A DNA stretch of 64,000 bases from a virus: positions 6,822 to 70,821 of IMG/VR virus record IMGVR_UViG_3300022841_000013, one strand, 5' to 3'. The position numbers were made by a program, and so were the translations under genes. The notes under the pieces are model-generated. The model had not been told where the DNA came from, did no database searches, and saw nothing but the letters and a program-made list of their open reading frames with translations. Below are positions 1-10,011 of the stretch, piece after piece (the first letter of the stretch is position 1; every line of letters begins with the position of its first letter).

Positions 1-2
1 TC

Positions 3-2765
3 GTTACTGCTGCAGCATATGAGTTCTCTATCTTTTGGGAGAAAGTAGTAGAGCCGCTGCTTGCAGCTGGTGGTGCTGACCGTAACCGTGGTAATGCAGA
101 TGCACTTCGTCGATACTGGACCAAAGGTAAAGGCGCAGCAAAGATCCGCTGGGGCACTCCCGGCGACTGGACTCGCTGTGTTCGCAACCTCTCCAAGTAC
201 ATGGGCCCACGCGCGAAGGGCTACTGCCAGCTTCGCCACAAGGAAGTAACCGGTGTCTACACCGGTAGCAAGAAAAACCCAGGTCGCAAGAAGGGTGTTA
301 ATGCCTCCTCAAACTTGTTCACATCCGAAGCAGAATTTGACTCTGCCATGCTAAAAACTGCTGAGCTACACGCTAAAGCAGCCGACGCACGCGAGAAAGT
401 TGCCTTAGTAGCTTCAGCTTCGCGTTCAGAGCAAGGTTCATCATTTTTGATCCCGATGCTAGTGCCGGAAGATTTAGAGTCTGGCGATGGTCGTAAATTT
501 GTAGACGGGGCAATCACGCTGCGTGACCTACCTCTACCGCTTCTTTGGCAGATTAAGACCGGTGCAGGTCACGACGGATCTGTAGTTGTGGGACGAATCG
601 ACACCATTGAGCGTATTGACGGGGGTCTCGGCAATGCCACTGGTGTCTTTGATAATGGACCTTACGGCCGTGAAGCTCAGAGGTTAGTAGAAAATGGCTT
701 CCTACGAGGAGTTTCTGTGGACCTTGACAAGTTTGAGGCAAAAGAAGAAAAGCAGCCTAAACCAGAACTGGAAGATGGTTCCGCAGACGAGGCAGGCGAT
801 GAGATGGGCAAGGACAAGCTAACCATCAATAAGGCCCGTATTATGGCTGCTACAATTGTAGCTAAGCCCGCATTCCAGGAATGCACTATTGTAATTACTA
901 ACTCGGGGGACCAGGAGGACTACGTGACCCCAGAAGACGGCGTTTACGAAGAATGCATCGATGGCCTTTGCGACCTTGAGCCAATTATGGCTTCCGGGTA
1001 TCTAGAATCTGAGATACCAATGGCTCCTCCTTCTGAATGGTTTGAGAACCCTGACCTCAAAGGTCCTACGCCTCTAACTGTAGACAAGAACGGCCGTGTA
1101 TACGGCCACATTGCTGCATGGAATGTTAGCCACATCGGGCTACCACGTTCAACTAAGCCTCCTCGCTCACGTAGTAAGTACGCATACTTCAACACTGGAG
1201 TAGTGCACACTGCAGAGGGAACTGATGCCACTGTTGGTCAGTTAACTCTTGCTGGTGGGCACGCTCCGCTAAATGCTAGTGCTGCTGCGGCTGCCAAGCA
1301 CTACGATGACACGGCTTCGGCTATTGCAGATGTCCATGCTGGTGAAGACCAGTTTGGTATATGGGTTGCAGGCTGTTTGCGTCCAGACGCAAATGAAATG
1401 CAGGTACGTGCACTTCGCGCATCTGCCCCATCCGGAGACTGGCGTCCAATTGAAGGCTCATTAGAGTTAGTTGCTGTCTGCCAGGTAAATGTGCCAGGCT
1501 TCCCAACTGCTCGTGCAATGATCGCAGGCGGAAAGATGTTGGCACTAGTTGCCGCTGGAGCTAGCCACATGGCTGTGCTAAAGAGTGAAGCAGTGCAAGC
1601 ACTAGCCCACAAGGCAGTGACTCTAGGCCAACTTGCCTTAACTGCGCCAGACCTAAAGATCCGTGTCAGGGAAGCAAAGAAGTCTCTTCGCGCAGCAAAT
1701 CTTCAATCACTTACTGCTAGTGCGGCTAACATGCGTGAGAGCGCTCTGACCGCGGCCGCTGTCGCAGAGTTAGCCAAAATCTCGGACGACGAGAGAATGG
1801 AACTCGCCAAGAAGGGCCACGCAATGGAAGACGGCGCGTACCCAATCCGCGACGAGTCCGACTTGCGCAATGCTATTCAGGCGTACGGACGAGCAAAATC
1901 TTCCGAAAGACGAGCTGTCCGCAAGCACATCACTAAGCGTGCACGAGCACTTAAGAAGTATGACCTTGTGCCTCAACAGTGGAAGAACGCAAACTCCATG
2001 GAAGCGGCCGAAAGAGTAGCATCCATGCGCGAAGCTATAACTGCTGCAGCCAATGTGGATTGCGACTGTGAACTAACTGCATCTGCATCAACGGAATTTG
2101 CTGAAGGTGATAAAGATGAAATCTCTGACACTGATTTGAAGAAGCTGAAGGATGCCAAGTCTGAGTCTGACAAGCAAACCGAAGAAGAGATTAAAGCTGC
2201 CGAGGATGTAAAGGCAAACAAGGGAACACCCTCTAAAGATGAAGACGGAGATCCTAAGTACGTTTCTGGTGTAAACCAGCCACGCGATGCAAAAGGTAAG
2301 TATCGTACTGTTCTAGCCCGCCTAAAGCAGAACCTAGGTGTTGCAGGTCTGGCAAAAGCATTGAAAAAGGCTGAAGATGCTGAGAACCTAGACTTTGCTG
2401 GTGACTATAAGGCTTCTGCGGACGCAAGCGGCGAGCTGATCGGTATGATCGACCGTATTGACTCTAAGGCGCTTAACCCAGAGGCTCTGGAGAATGTCCG
2501 TGCAACTGCCGGAGAGCTGGGCAAGGTTATCTCTAATCTCCCCCTCCCCTTTGGCCAGGATGCAGAAAAATTAAAATTTAGCGATCTACCGTCTGGACTC
2601 AAGGACCTCATTGGTTCAATGATTACTCGTGTCGAGGCAAAAATCGGTAAAAAGGATGCAGATATTGCTACGCAAAGTCTGAGATCCTACATCTCGGGTG
2701 CAGATTTGTACTCTCAGGGAGAGGTTCAATCTGAGATGAGCAAGCTGCTTCGACTCCTTACCTAA
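3..2765 (+). CDS. Capsid maturation protease / multidomain head morphogenesis protein (5'-truncated by the window edge)
   Basis: The frame is open from nt 3 (VTAAAYEFSIFWEK...LRRYWTKGKGAAKIRWGTPGDWTRC), so the ATG at 201 is internal. Prohead-protease-like segment (LPLLWQ..GHDGSVVVGRI..GVSVDLD), actinophage domain GRVYGHIAAW..SGDWR..LELVAVCQVNVPGFP, and position directly upstream of the capsid gene. Confidence 0.7.
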   Translation, partial: VTAAAYEFSIFWEKVVEPLLAAGGADRNRGNADALRRYWTKGKGAAKIRWGTPGDWTRCVRNLSKYMGPRAKGYCQLRHKEVTGVYTGSKKNPGRKKGVNASSNLFTSEAEFDSAMLKTAELHAKAADAREKVALVASASRSEQGSSFLIPMLVPEDLESGDGRKFVDGAITLRDLPLPLLWQIKTGAGHDGSVVVGRIDTIERIDGGLGNATGVFDNGPYGREAQRLVENGFLRGVSVDLDKFEAKEEKQPKPELEDGSADEAGDEMGKDKLTINKARIMAATIVAKPAFQECTIVITNSGDQEDYVTPEDGVYEECIDGLCDLEPIMASGYLESEIPMAPPSEWFENPDLKGPTPLTVDKNGRVYGHIAAWNVSHIGLPRSTKPPRSRSKYAYFNTGVVHTAEGTDATVGQLTLAGGHAPLNASAAAAAKHYDDTASAIADVHAGEDQFGIWVAGCLRPDANEMQVRALRASAPSGDWRPIEGSLELVAVCQVNVPGFPTARAMIAGGKMLALVAAGASHMAVLKSEAVQALAHKAVTLGQLALTAPDLKIRVREAKKSLRAANLQSLTASAANMRESALTAAAVAELAKISDDERMELAKKGHAMEDGAYPIRDESDLRNAIQAYGRAKSSERRAVRKHITKRARALKKYDLVPQQWKNANSMEAAERVASMREAITAAANVDCDCELTASASTEFAEGDKDEISDTDLKKLKDAKSESDKQTEEEIKAAEDVKANKGTPSKDEDGDPKYVSGVNQPRDAKGKYRTVLARLKQNLGVAGLAKALKKAEDAENLDFAGDYKASADASGELIGMIDRIDSKALNPEALENVRATAGELGKVISNLPLPFGQDAEKLKFSDLPSGLKDLIGSMITRVEAKIGKKDADIATQSLRSYISGADLYSQGEVQSEMSKLLRLLT

Positions 2766-2767
2766 AA

Positions 2768-2780
2768 AGTAGGGTAAAAT
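2768..2780 (+). promoter_or_regulatory. Putative -10 promoter motif AGTAGGGTAAAAT upstream of the capsid gene
   Basis: The same 13-mer occurs at 35375-35387. The GGTAAAAT core also occurs at 9599-9606 (+) and 41636-41643 (-), each at a gene boundary ahead of a gene start. Confidence 0.5.
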
Positions 2781-2889
2781 TATCCCTAGGTAGAGCGCCT
2801 TTCGTTTATTCGATGAGTCCCTCGGCCTTGACTGTAAAATCAGTGAGTGGAAAACAACCACTCAAAAACTAACTGGCCTAGGAGGTACA

Positions 2890-5085
2890 GTGTACGACCA
2901 AATTAAAACTCAGCTAGATACTATCGCTGAGCTAGGTGACGATCAAGTCGCCGAGCTTCAGGCAGAGATTATCTCGCAGTTTGAAATGGTTGAGGGTGAA
3001 GACCCGACTCCTGAGACAGTTGATGCTATGACGTTACTAGCTGACTCGCTAGACATGGTACGCGGTGAGCTTTCTAACCGCGAGGCGCAGGCTCTTGAGC
3101 TTACATCTCGCGCAGCAGAAGCTACCGCTCGTGTTAAGGGTGAAGCAGATGACGCGGAAGAGGAAATGGCTATGACCGAAGACGACGCTCCTATGGAAGA
3201 AGCCCCAGCAGAGGAAACTCCAGCTGAGGAAGAGACCGAAGAAGTAGAAGCAGAAGAACTGCCAACTGAAGAAGAAGAAGAGAAGGAAGAAGAGGAAATG
3301 TCGATTCAGGCATCCGCTTCTGACGAGCTTGCTTCTGAAGAAGTTGCTGGTGACGCTGTTGTCGAGGTTACCGAGGTTGCAGAACTTTCTGCAGAAGAAG
3401 TAACCGAAAAAGTCGAAACTCCAGCTGCTGAAGCTGAACTCGCTACCGAAGAAGTTGTTGAGGAAGTTGCTGATGCAACCGAGCTTTCAACTGAAGAAGT
3501 AGTAGAAGTCGCTGACGCGGAGGATACTGTAGCTGAGGCTGCAGTTAAAACCGAAGCTGCTGTTGAGGAAATCGCTGAAGTTGAGACCGAAGGTACTGCA
3601 GAGCTTTCTGCAGTAGACGAGGCTTCAACCGAAGAGGTTACCGAAGCAATCGAGGACGCCACAATTCAAGCATCAACCGCTCAGGTAGACGGTTCTGAAC
3701 TATCAACCACAACTGGAAAAGACACAGAGCTTTCTTCAGACGAAATCATTGAAACATCAACAGCTCTCGTAGAAGAGCAGAAGGAGCAGGCAGTGACTGC
3801 TGCAGCTGAACAGCCTTTCGAGGCCCCAGCCGACCGTCAACCTGTAGTTCAGGAATCTCTAGCACCAGTAGTAGCAATTACTGCCGGCGCTGACATCCCT
3901 GGCTACACCGCGGGAAGCACAATTGAAGACATGTCTGAGCTATCTCAGGCCATGGAGAAGAGACTACACTCTCTTCGCCGTGTAAACGGTGGCGACGGAG
4001 AGCAGCACATTGTTGCGTCTTTCTCAACCACATACGCTGAGGATCGCTTCCTTGGTACCGACGCTGAGTCCAACTCGGCCAAGATTGAAGCACTATCAGC
4101 CCAGGCACTTGTTGCTTCTGGTGGACATGGTGCTCCAGTTGAGACCAAGTATGACATCTTCGGCCTAGGTTCAACCACTAACCGTCCAGTACGTGACTCA
4201 CTTCCAAAGTTCCAGGCAGACCGTGGCGGTATCCGCTTCGTAACTGCTCCGAGCTTTGCATCGGGTGACTACGCTGACGCTGTTGGTGTATGGACTGCTG
4301 CTGTTGACGCTGCTCCAGGTGCCGCAACAAAGGAAAGCCTAACGGTTGTTGCTGCTGCAGAAAACACCGCAGTAACTGACGCTGTAACACTACAGCTACA
4401 GTTCGGTAACCTAATGACCCGTGCGTACCCAGAGTTGATTGCTCGTCACAACGAGCTAGCTCTAGTTGCACACGCTCGTGCAGGTGAAGTTGACCTACTA
4501 ACCAAGATTGCTGCAGCATCAACTGCAGTTACTTCCGGAACCATCCTTGGTTTTGGTCGCGACTTCTTGGTATCAGTACGTAAGGCAGCTGTTGCTTACC
4601 GTTCACGTCACCGCATTGCTCAGACCACTACGCTAAAAGCTCTTATCCCAGACTGGGTATACGATGCTATGGCTTCTGACCTTGCAGTTTCAATGCCCGG
4701 AGACAGCACCCTAGCTGTTGGCCGTGCAGAGATCGAAGGCTACCTATCTGGTTCAAACGTAACTCTAGTCGGTTCACCTGACATGACTTACTTTGGTGCT
4801 CAGGGTGCAGCTGCACTTCTTGAGTTCCCAGATAGCTTCGACTGGTTCCTATTCGCTGAAGGAACATTCTTGTTCCTAGACGGTGGATCACTGGACCTAG
4901 GTATTATCCGTGACTCGTCACTAGTTGGAACCAACGATTACAAGATGTTCGTTGAGACCTTCGAGGGCGTTGCCAAGGTTGGTATCGAATCTCTAAAGAT
5001 CACTCAGACCGTTAACATTAACGGTTCGGCTGCTGCATTGCGCGACACCCTAGGTGGCGTAGCTGCATCAACCATCGAGCTCTAA
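2890..5085 (+). CDS. Major capsid (hexamer) protein with long acidic N-terminal scaffold-like extension
   Basis: AGGAGG SD before the GTG start. About 300 aa Glu/Ala-rich N-terminus, then ITAGADIPG..ALVASGG..APVETKYDI, resembling cluster-B-type actinophage capsid proteins. Confidence 0.8.
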   Translation: MYDQIKTQLDTIAELGDDQVAELQAEIISQFEMVEGEDPTPETVDAMTLLADSLDMVRGELSNREAQALELTSRAAEATARVKGEADDAEEEMAMTEDDAPMEEAPAEETPAEEETEEVEAEELPTEEEEEKEEEEMSIQASASDELASEEVAGDAVVEVTEVAELSAEEVTEKVETPAAEAELATEEVVEEVADATELSTEEVVEVADAEDTVAEAAVKTEAAVEEIAEVETEGTAELSAVDEASTEEVTEAIEDATIQASTAQVDGSELSTTTGKDTELSSDEIIETSTALVEEQKEQAVTAAAEQPFEAPADRQPVVQESLAPVVAITAGADIPGYTAGSTIEDMSELSQAMEKRLHSLRRVNGGDGEQHIVASFSTTYAEDRFLGTDAESNSAKIEALSAQALVASGGHGAPVETKYDIFGLGSTTNRPVRDSLPKFQADRGGIRFVTAPSFASGDYADAVGVWTAAVDAAPGAATKESLTVVAAAENTAVTDAVTLQLQFGNLMTRAYPELIARHNELALVAHARAGEVDLLTKIAAASTAVTSGTILGFGRDFLVSVRKAAVAYRSRHRIAQTTTLKALIPDWVYDAMASDLAVSMPGDSTLAVGRAEIEGYLSGSNVTLVGSPDMTYFGAQGAAALLEFPDSFDWFLFAEGTFLFLDGGSLDLGIIRDSSLVGTNDYKMFVETFEGVAKVGIESLKITQTVNINGSAAALRDTLGGVAASTIEL

Positions 5086-5102
5086 ATATAACTAAATAGG
5101 GC

Positions 5103-5130
5103 GGCTCCCCGGGCTTCGGCTCGGGGGGCT
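5103..5130 (+). terminator. GC-rich hairpin with cUUCGg tetraloop (terminator/attenuator or mRNA stabiliser)
   Basis: GGCTCCCCGGGC-TTCG-GCTCGGGGGGCT forms a 12-bp stem including G-U pairs. No clean U-tract follows. Confidence 0.6.
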
Positions 5131-5166
5131 CCCACCCCCTAAATAATTTTAAATTAAGGATTTTAA

Positions 5167-6030
5167 ATGGCTTTCTCAAAGACAGGCGTAGTATCGGCAC
5201 CTGCAATCGTGCCGTCCGCCTTTGGTCTACTTGCTGTTGTTAAGCCAGAGAACGCTCCAGGAGAGGACCAGTGGGTCCGAGGTTTTGCCCAAGAATGGGA
5301 AACCACCGTGCAGGAGCTCAAAAACTGGGATGACACAGACAATACTAACGGATCTGTAGTTACCGGCGGGGTTATCAACTACTACGATGACATCAAGCCC
5401 TTCTTCATTGAATTGACCGAGACACGCTCGGGACTAAGTTTTAACGCTATTGACCGAATTGCTAGACTATCTCGTCAGATTGAAGGCATGAGCCAGAAAT
5501 CTATAGAGACAGAGCTTTGGGATGGTGTGGTTCGAAAAGGCGAGAGTCACGACAATAAAGCCCTGTCTGATGCTGGAACTACTTTGGTTAACAGCGGAAC
5601 AGCTCTAGGTGTCATATTGGCAATCGCTGAGCTGGAGCGCTCAATGGCGGTTGCTTCAAATGCCGGTGAGCTTGGAGTAATCCACATGACCAGCGATGTA
5701 GCTTCGCTTCTAAATAATAGATTAGAGACGTCAAAAGACGGAACTCTTGTCACTAGGCTTGGCACCCCTGTAGTTGTAGGTGCAGGCTATTCAGGTAGTG
5801 GCCCAACTGGTGTAACTGGTGCTGCTGCATCAGCCACCAACAAATGGATTTATGGCACAGGTGCTGTCAAGGTTTACCTTGGCGACGTTGATGTCGTAAA
5901 CGACAATCTAGCGCAAGCTTATGACGTGTCGGGCAATAAAAATGACATGCGTATCAAAGCAATTCGCCCAGCTGCGGTTTACTTTGACACATCCATCCAT
6001 CTAGCTGTCAGAGTCGATCTAACAGCTTAA
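5167..6030 (+). CDS. Putative major capsid pentamer protein / second capsid protein
   Basis: Follows the capsid gene. Motifs PSAFGLL, GVIHM and TRLGTPVVVGAGY resemble pentamer proteins of cluster-B-like actinophages. Confidence 0.6.
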   Translation: MAFSKTGVVSAPAIVPSAFGLLAVVKPENAPGEDQWVRGFAQEWETTVQELKNWDDTDNTNGSVVTGGVINYYDDIKPFFIELTETRSGLSFNAIDRIARLSRQIEGMSQKSIETELWDGVVRKGESHDNKALSDAGTTLVNSGTALGVILAIAELERSMAVASNAGELGVIHMTSDVASLLNNRLETSKDGTLVTRLGTPVVVGAGYSGSGPTGVTGAAASATNKWIYGTGAVKVYLGDVDVVNDNLAQAYDVSGNKNDMRIKAIRPAAVYFDTSIHLAVRVDLTA

Positions 6031-6053
6031 TCAAGAAATAAGGAGAATAGCTT

Positions 6054-7166
6054 ATGGCTACTCAAGAATATGCAGCCAGCATTCAGGGTGTGTCAATTCG
6101 TGTCACACGCCTAGATGCTGCTGGAAACCTTATGACCGGCGAGCAGGACAGCTACACTACCTCGGCTTTCATGAGAGTTTCCTTTACACCAGAGTACGAA
6201 GAAGGCGATGAGATCACCGAAAAGGGCGCTAATGGCGTTGTTTGCGTGACCTACAAGGCTCCTGACACTCTAAAGCGGATTACCATGGAACTTGCTATCT
6301 GCGAGCCAGACCCAGAGCTATCAGCTCTAATTTCTGGTGGACTATTGCTACGCAAGAACCTAGGCACTGTTGCAGACCCAAACAACAAGTCAATCGGTTG
6401 GGCCGCTCCTGGTGTTGGTGACGATCCTGCTGGAAATGGCGTTGCCATTGAAGCATGGTCACACGCGGTTAAAGATGGAAAGCGTTCTGGCGTTCTTCCT
6501 TACTTCTACTGGGTCTTCCCGTACGTCAAGATGCGTCAGTCTGGCGACCGTGTTATCGAAAACGGTCTGATGGCTAACACTTTCGAGGGCTATGGTCTAG
6601 GGAACGAGAACTTCAAGTCAGGTATCGACGGCCGCTGGGAGTTCCCAGTTGCTGCAGAGCGTCCATACGCTTATGCACGTTCTGACTGGGCTCCAACCGG
6701 ACTATCTGGATTCTACACTTGGACTGACAACGCAACTGACCAGGTAGTATTTACCTCGTCTAGTGCCACATCGCCAAGTGCTATCACAGTTGACAGCTTC
6801 CTTGCAACTCTAGCTGACACAACTGCGAGCCTAACCTTCAGCGCTCCACCTCTAGTGGAGATTGGCGATGTTATCTCAGTTCAGAATGTTGGGTCACTAT
6901 TCAATGGTGACAAGACTGTTTCTGGAGTATCAGGTAACGTTGTTAGCTTCGTAAATGCATCAATCACCCAGGACATTACAAGCACAACTGTCTCCCGTGG
7001 TGCTCGTGTGACCGTAGTCAATTCTAAGACTGAGAGCTACCCAGCTCCAGTTGCAGTGACTAGCATGACAACTGGTGGCGTAGACTACAACGTCCCAGGT
7101 GCAACCGGTTACAACGCTGACAGTGCAATTGACAACATCATTGCATCGAACGAGAACCCTAGTTAA
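6054..7166 (+). CDS. Major tail (tube) protein with C-terminal extension
   Basis: IRVTRLDAAG..FTPEYEEGDEITEKGANG..CV motif typical of actinophage tail tubes; strong SD (AAGGAG). Confidence 0.75.
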   Translation: MATQEYAASIQGVSIRVTRLDAAGNLMTGEQDSYTTSAFMRVSFTPEYEEGDEITEKGANGVVCVTYKAPDTLKRITMELAICEPDPELSALISGGLLLRKNLGTVADPNNKSIGWAAPGVGDDPAGNGVAIEAWSHAVKDGKRSGVLPYFYWVFPYVKMRQSGDRVIENGLMANTFEGYGLGNENFKSGIDGRWEFPVAAERPYAYARSDWAPTGLSGFYTWTDNATDQVVFTSSSATSPSAITVDSFLATLADTTASLTFSAPPLVEIGDVISVQNVGSLFNGDKTVSGVSGNVVSFVNASITQDITSTTVSRGARVTVVNSKTESYPAPVAVTSMTTGGVDYNVPGATGYNADSAIDNIIASNENPS

Positions 7167-7180
7167 TAATAGTTAACAAG

Positions 7181-7224
7181 AACGGGTGGCGGCTTGAGCA
7201 AACTAGCTTAGGCTACCACCCGTT
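7181..7224 (+). terminator. Long stem-loop after the major tail gene
   Basis: AACGGGTGG pairs with CCACCCGTT, extended by an inner stem to about 18 bp with one mismatch. Confidence 0.55.
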
Positions 7225-7249
7225 AAACTTTATCTAAGAGGTAATAAAT

Positions 7250-8371
7250 ATGGCAAGCAACCTTTGGGTACTCCCAGAAGATATGGGAGATTTCTCCTAC
7301 ACTGAGTACAGCTTAGAGGCTGCTCAGACTGCGTCGAATCTACTCTGGGCAATGTCCGGTCGTAAGTACATGGGCGAGTCTATAGTCACCGAGCGCTATA
7401 CATGTACTCTAAGAAATAACCGCATGGGGCCATCCAGTACAACAACTTCCCCTGCTCTTTTTAACGGAGAGGTATACAATATCGCTTCAGGAGACTATAG
7501 CGAGTACTCGGAGTTAACTGCAGATGGAATGTCTCCAGAGTCCCGCCTAAAGCTACGCGGCCGTCCCGTGACTAGAATAATCTCTATTAGAAATTCGACG
7601 GGAAAAATTCTTGACCCTTCTGGGTACTACCTAGTAGATCATTCCACTATACACATAAAGGCCGGGACTCCCTGGACCCCTTGTAATGTAGAAATTACTT
7701 ACGCTTACGGCATGCCAGTCCCGACTGCCGGAAAAATGGCTGCTCGTAAACTAGCGATTGAGTTTGCCAGATTGTGGTCAGGCGACGAAGGGTGCGAGCT
7801 ACCTCAGCGCGTCACTTCTGTATCCCGCCAGGGCGTTTCCTATACAATCTTGGATAATCAAGAGTTCATTGACGAGCTGCGTACAGGGTTGTACGAAATT
7901 GACTTGTTCCTAAAGGTCACCAATCCAGATAATGCTCGTCGCAAATCCAAAGTGTTTTCGGTTGATAGACCTCGTGCTCGTAAGTATGTAGCTAAGCCGC
8001 TAAAGCAGGCAGCAGACCCCGAGTTTGATCTCTCAATGAGTGCCACCGCTCAGACCGCTTCAGTTAGCTGGTCTTCCGCTGGCAGTGGGGCAGATCTGAG
8101 TAATTTTTTCCCCGCATCCGGGTGGTCGCCAGTTGTTAATCTTAGAAATTACGGAGCCACTAAATCATCTCCTATCGATGGCAACTTCACGCTAACCACC
8201 GTCGAAGGGGAGGACATATTAAGTTTCACTATAACCTACAAGGAAGCGCAAGCTACTCTAGGTATGGTGGATCCAGGAACATGGGAGCTCTACGGCAATC
8301 AAATGGTTGACGGTGTAGAGAGCCTCACTCCGGTACTTGCATCTGGAAACCTCCAGATCAAGACGTATTAA
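7250..8371 (+). CDS. Head-to-tail adaptor protein
   Basis: LLWAMSGRKY and CELPQRVTSVSRQGVS motifs; position in the morphogenesis operon. Confidence 0.65.
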   Translation: MASNLWVLPEDMGDFSYTEYSLEAAQTASNLLWAMSGRKYMGESIVTERYTCTLRNNRMGPSSTTTSPALFNGEVYNIASGDYSEYSELTADGMSPESRLKLRGRPVTRIISIRNSTGKILDPSGYYLVDHSTIHIKAGTPWTPCNVEITYAYGMPVPTAGKMAARKLAIEFARLWSGDEGCELPQRVTSVSRQGVSYTILDNQEFIDELRTGLYEIDLFLKVTNPDNARRKSKVFSVDRPRARKYVAKPLKQAADPEFDLSMSATAQTASVSWSSAGSGADLSNFFPASGWSPVVNLRNYGATKSSPIDGNFTLTTVEGEDILSFTITYKEAQATLGMVDPGTWELYGNQMVDGVESLTPVLASGNLQIKTY

Positions 8372-8384
8372 GAAAGAAGGAACC

Positions 8385-8573
8385 ATGTCAGTACAGACTA
8401 ACTTTCGTGCCCAGGACATGCCGGGTACCGCAAAGCCAGTAGTGAAGAGAGCAGCTCCTAAGTACGTTGCACCTAAGCCAGAGCCAATTGTTGAAGTTGC
8501 TCCAGTTGTAGTTGAAGACGTAGTTGAAGAAGAAGTTGTTGTAGAGGACACCACAGCTACAGAAGCTGAGTAA
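8385..8573 (+). CDS. Small hypothetical protein (basic Pro-rich N-half, acidic C-half)
   Basis: ATG at 8385 follows the SD GAAGGA; fills the gap between genes. Confidence 0.55.
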   Translation: MSVQTNFRAQDMPGTAKPVVKRAAPKYVAPKPEPIVEVAPVVVEDVVEEEVVVEDTTATEAE

Positions 8574-8575
8574 TC

Positions 8576-9085
8576 ATGGTAAGCGGAGAGCTAGATCCAA
8601 GTGGTGTTTCTGAGGACGCGGTAAATCTTCGGGACATGTTAGAAGGTGTGCTCGAAAGAGTGCAAAATGTCTTCCAGTCATATAACATTGAATTGCCGCG
8701 TCGTCGCTACTGGTCAATGGGCTTACCAGCCATAGACTGTGAGCAGGTAGTAGTTTACTTTCAGCAGCTATATTTAGGCGCCCCCGGAGCTGAGGTTGGG
8801 GAACCTCAGCGGTGTCACGTACCTAGGAGCGCAACAATAGTAGTGTCTATTGCTAGGGAGACAGCCATTGTGGGTCAAAATGGTCGGCCCCCGGCAGCAG
8901 ATAAAATTCAGTCAGCATCAGAGATTCTTGCTATCGACGCTTGGGTCCTTATGGAGTCCATAAACCAGCTTGATCAGTGGGACGAAACTGGTTATGGGAT
9001 CGGTGTTATTGCTACTCTTGACACAACGCCGCCCGAGGGCGGGTTCCAGACTACCAACATGACAATAACTATGGCCGTTCCCTAA
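8576..9085 (+). CDS. Putative tail terminator / head-tail joining protein
   Basis: 169 aa, synteny in the connector region, C-terminal PEGG motif. Confidence 0.45.
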   Translation: MVSGELDPSGVSEDAVNLRDMLEGVLERVQNVFQSYNIELPRRRYWSMGLPAIDCEQVVVYFQQLYLGAPGAEVGEPQRCHVPRSATIVVSIARETAIVGQNGRPPAADKIQSASEILAIDAWVLMESINQLDQWDETGYGIGVIATLDTTPPEGGFQTTNMTITMAVP

Positions 9086-9603
9086 TGCCTAGAGGCTTTC
9101 CAGACAGTTTTGCTCTAAGTGCAGCTCTTAGAGCTGGCAGAAGGATCAGTAGTCGCCGTGGAGGCCGTCGAAGAATAGGCGGAGCAGGCCGCACTGGGAT
9201 TTCGTATAAGCTAGTAAATTTAGTTTTATACAAGCCCATACTTGATTTCGAACTACGAAGTCCTCACGGTATGGTTGGTAGAACTCTCAACAAGGTTGGC
9301 AGTAGAGTTCTTCAGGGCGCGCGAAGGCAAGCCGGCGTTAAAAGCGGACGCCTACGCGCAAGTATGAAACTTAGGCATGTCAGAGTCGGTCGGGAGACTG
9401 CTGTCAAGATCGGCGCATACACGGAGTACGCTCTTATGCACCATCAGGGCACTAGACCACACATTATCACACCTAATAAGCCCGGCGGCAACCTGGTCTT
9501 TATGAAGGGCTCCAGGGTCATTCACACTAAAATGGTCATGCACCCAGGGACCAGGGCTAATAGGTACTTAACAGACCAACTAAGGAAACAAATCCTAAGG
9601 TAA
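9085..9603 (+). CDS. Putative neck/tail completion protein (HK97 gp10-like)
   Basis: Very basic; GVKSGRLRASM..YALMHHQGTRPHII..HPGTRANRYL pattern. Confidence 0.55.
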   Translation: MPRGFPDSFALSAALRAGRRISSRRGGRRRIGGAGRTGISYKLVNLVLYKPILDFELRSPHGMVGRTLNKVGSRVLQGARRQAGVKSGRLRASMKLRHVRVGRETAVKIGAYTEYALMHHQGTRPHIITPNKPGGNLVFMKGSRVIHTKMVMHPGTRANRYLTDQLRKQILR

Positions 9604-9661
9604 AATTAAAGGGCAGCCAAAACTGCTTAATGATGAACAACACTATGAACAAGAAAGACTA

Positions 9662-10000
9662 ATGATGAGCAAATTTAAAGACTTCGGATCGAGTACATCG
9701 ATCGAAGATATGGAGCCAGTCTCCTTCAAGCTTTACGGTGAAGACTTTCACTGCGTAAAGGCACTTCCGGGAAGAGTACTTTTGGACATTGTTGCAAAGT
9801 CCTCCTCAGAAGATGCCGTTGATCAGGCAACTGTAATCAATGACTTTTTCTCGCATGTTCTTGTTGAGGAAAGCCTAGTTAGATTTGATGCCCTAGTAGT
9901 AGACAAAGAAAAAGTTGTCACTACTGAGACATTGGGAGAGATCACCGGATGGTTAGTAGAGCAATACACTAGTCGCCCAAATTCGCAGCCAGAGGTCTAG
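9662..10000 (+). CDS. Tail assembly chaperone (G)
   Basis: Two genes upstream of the tape measure gene; ends with a CCCAAAT slippery site. Confidence 0.7.
   Translation: MMSKFKDFGSSTSIEDMEPVSFKLYGEDFHCVKALPGRVLLDIVAKSSSEDAVDQATVINDFFSHVLVEESLVRFDALVVDKEKVVTTETLGEITGWLVEQYTSRPNSQPEV
9976..9982 (+). other. -1 programmed ribosomal frameshift slippery heptamer C-CCA-AAT
   Basis: X-XXY-YYZ in the correct register. The -1 frame is open (..FAARGLALWAVDLWPY..) into ORF 10012-10344. Confidence 0.7.
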
Positions 10001-10011
10001 CACTATGGGCC

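Noticed and set aside
201-203. ATG at 201 as the true start of the first gene
   Set aside because: The reading frame is open from the window edge with protein-like sequence, so the gene starts upstream.
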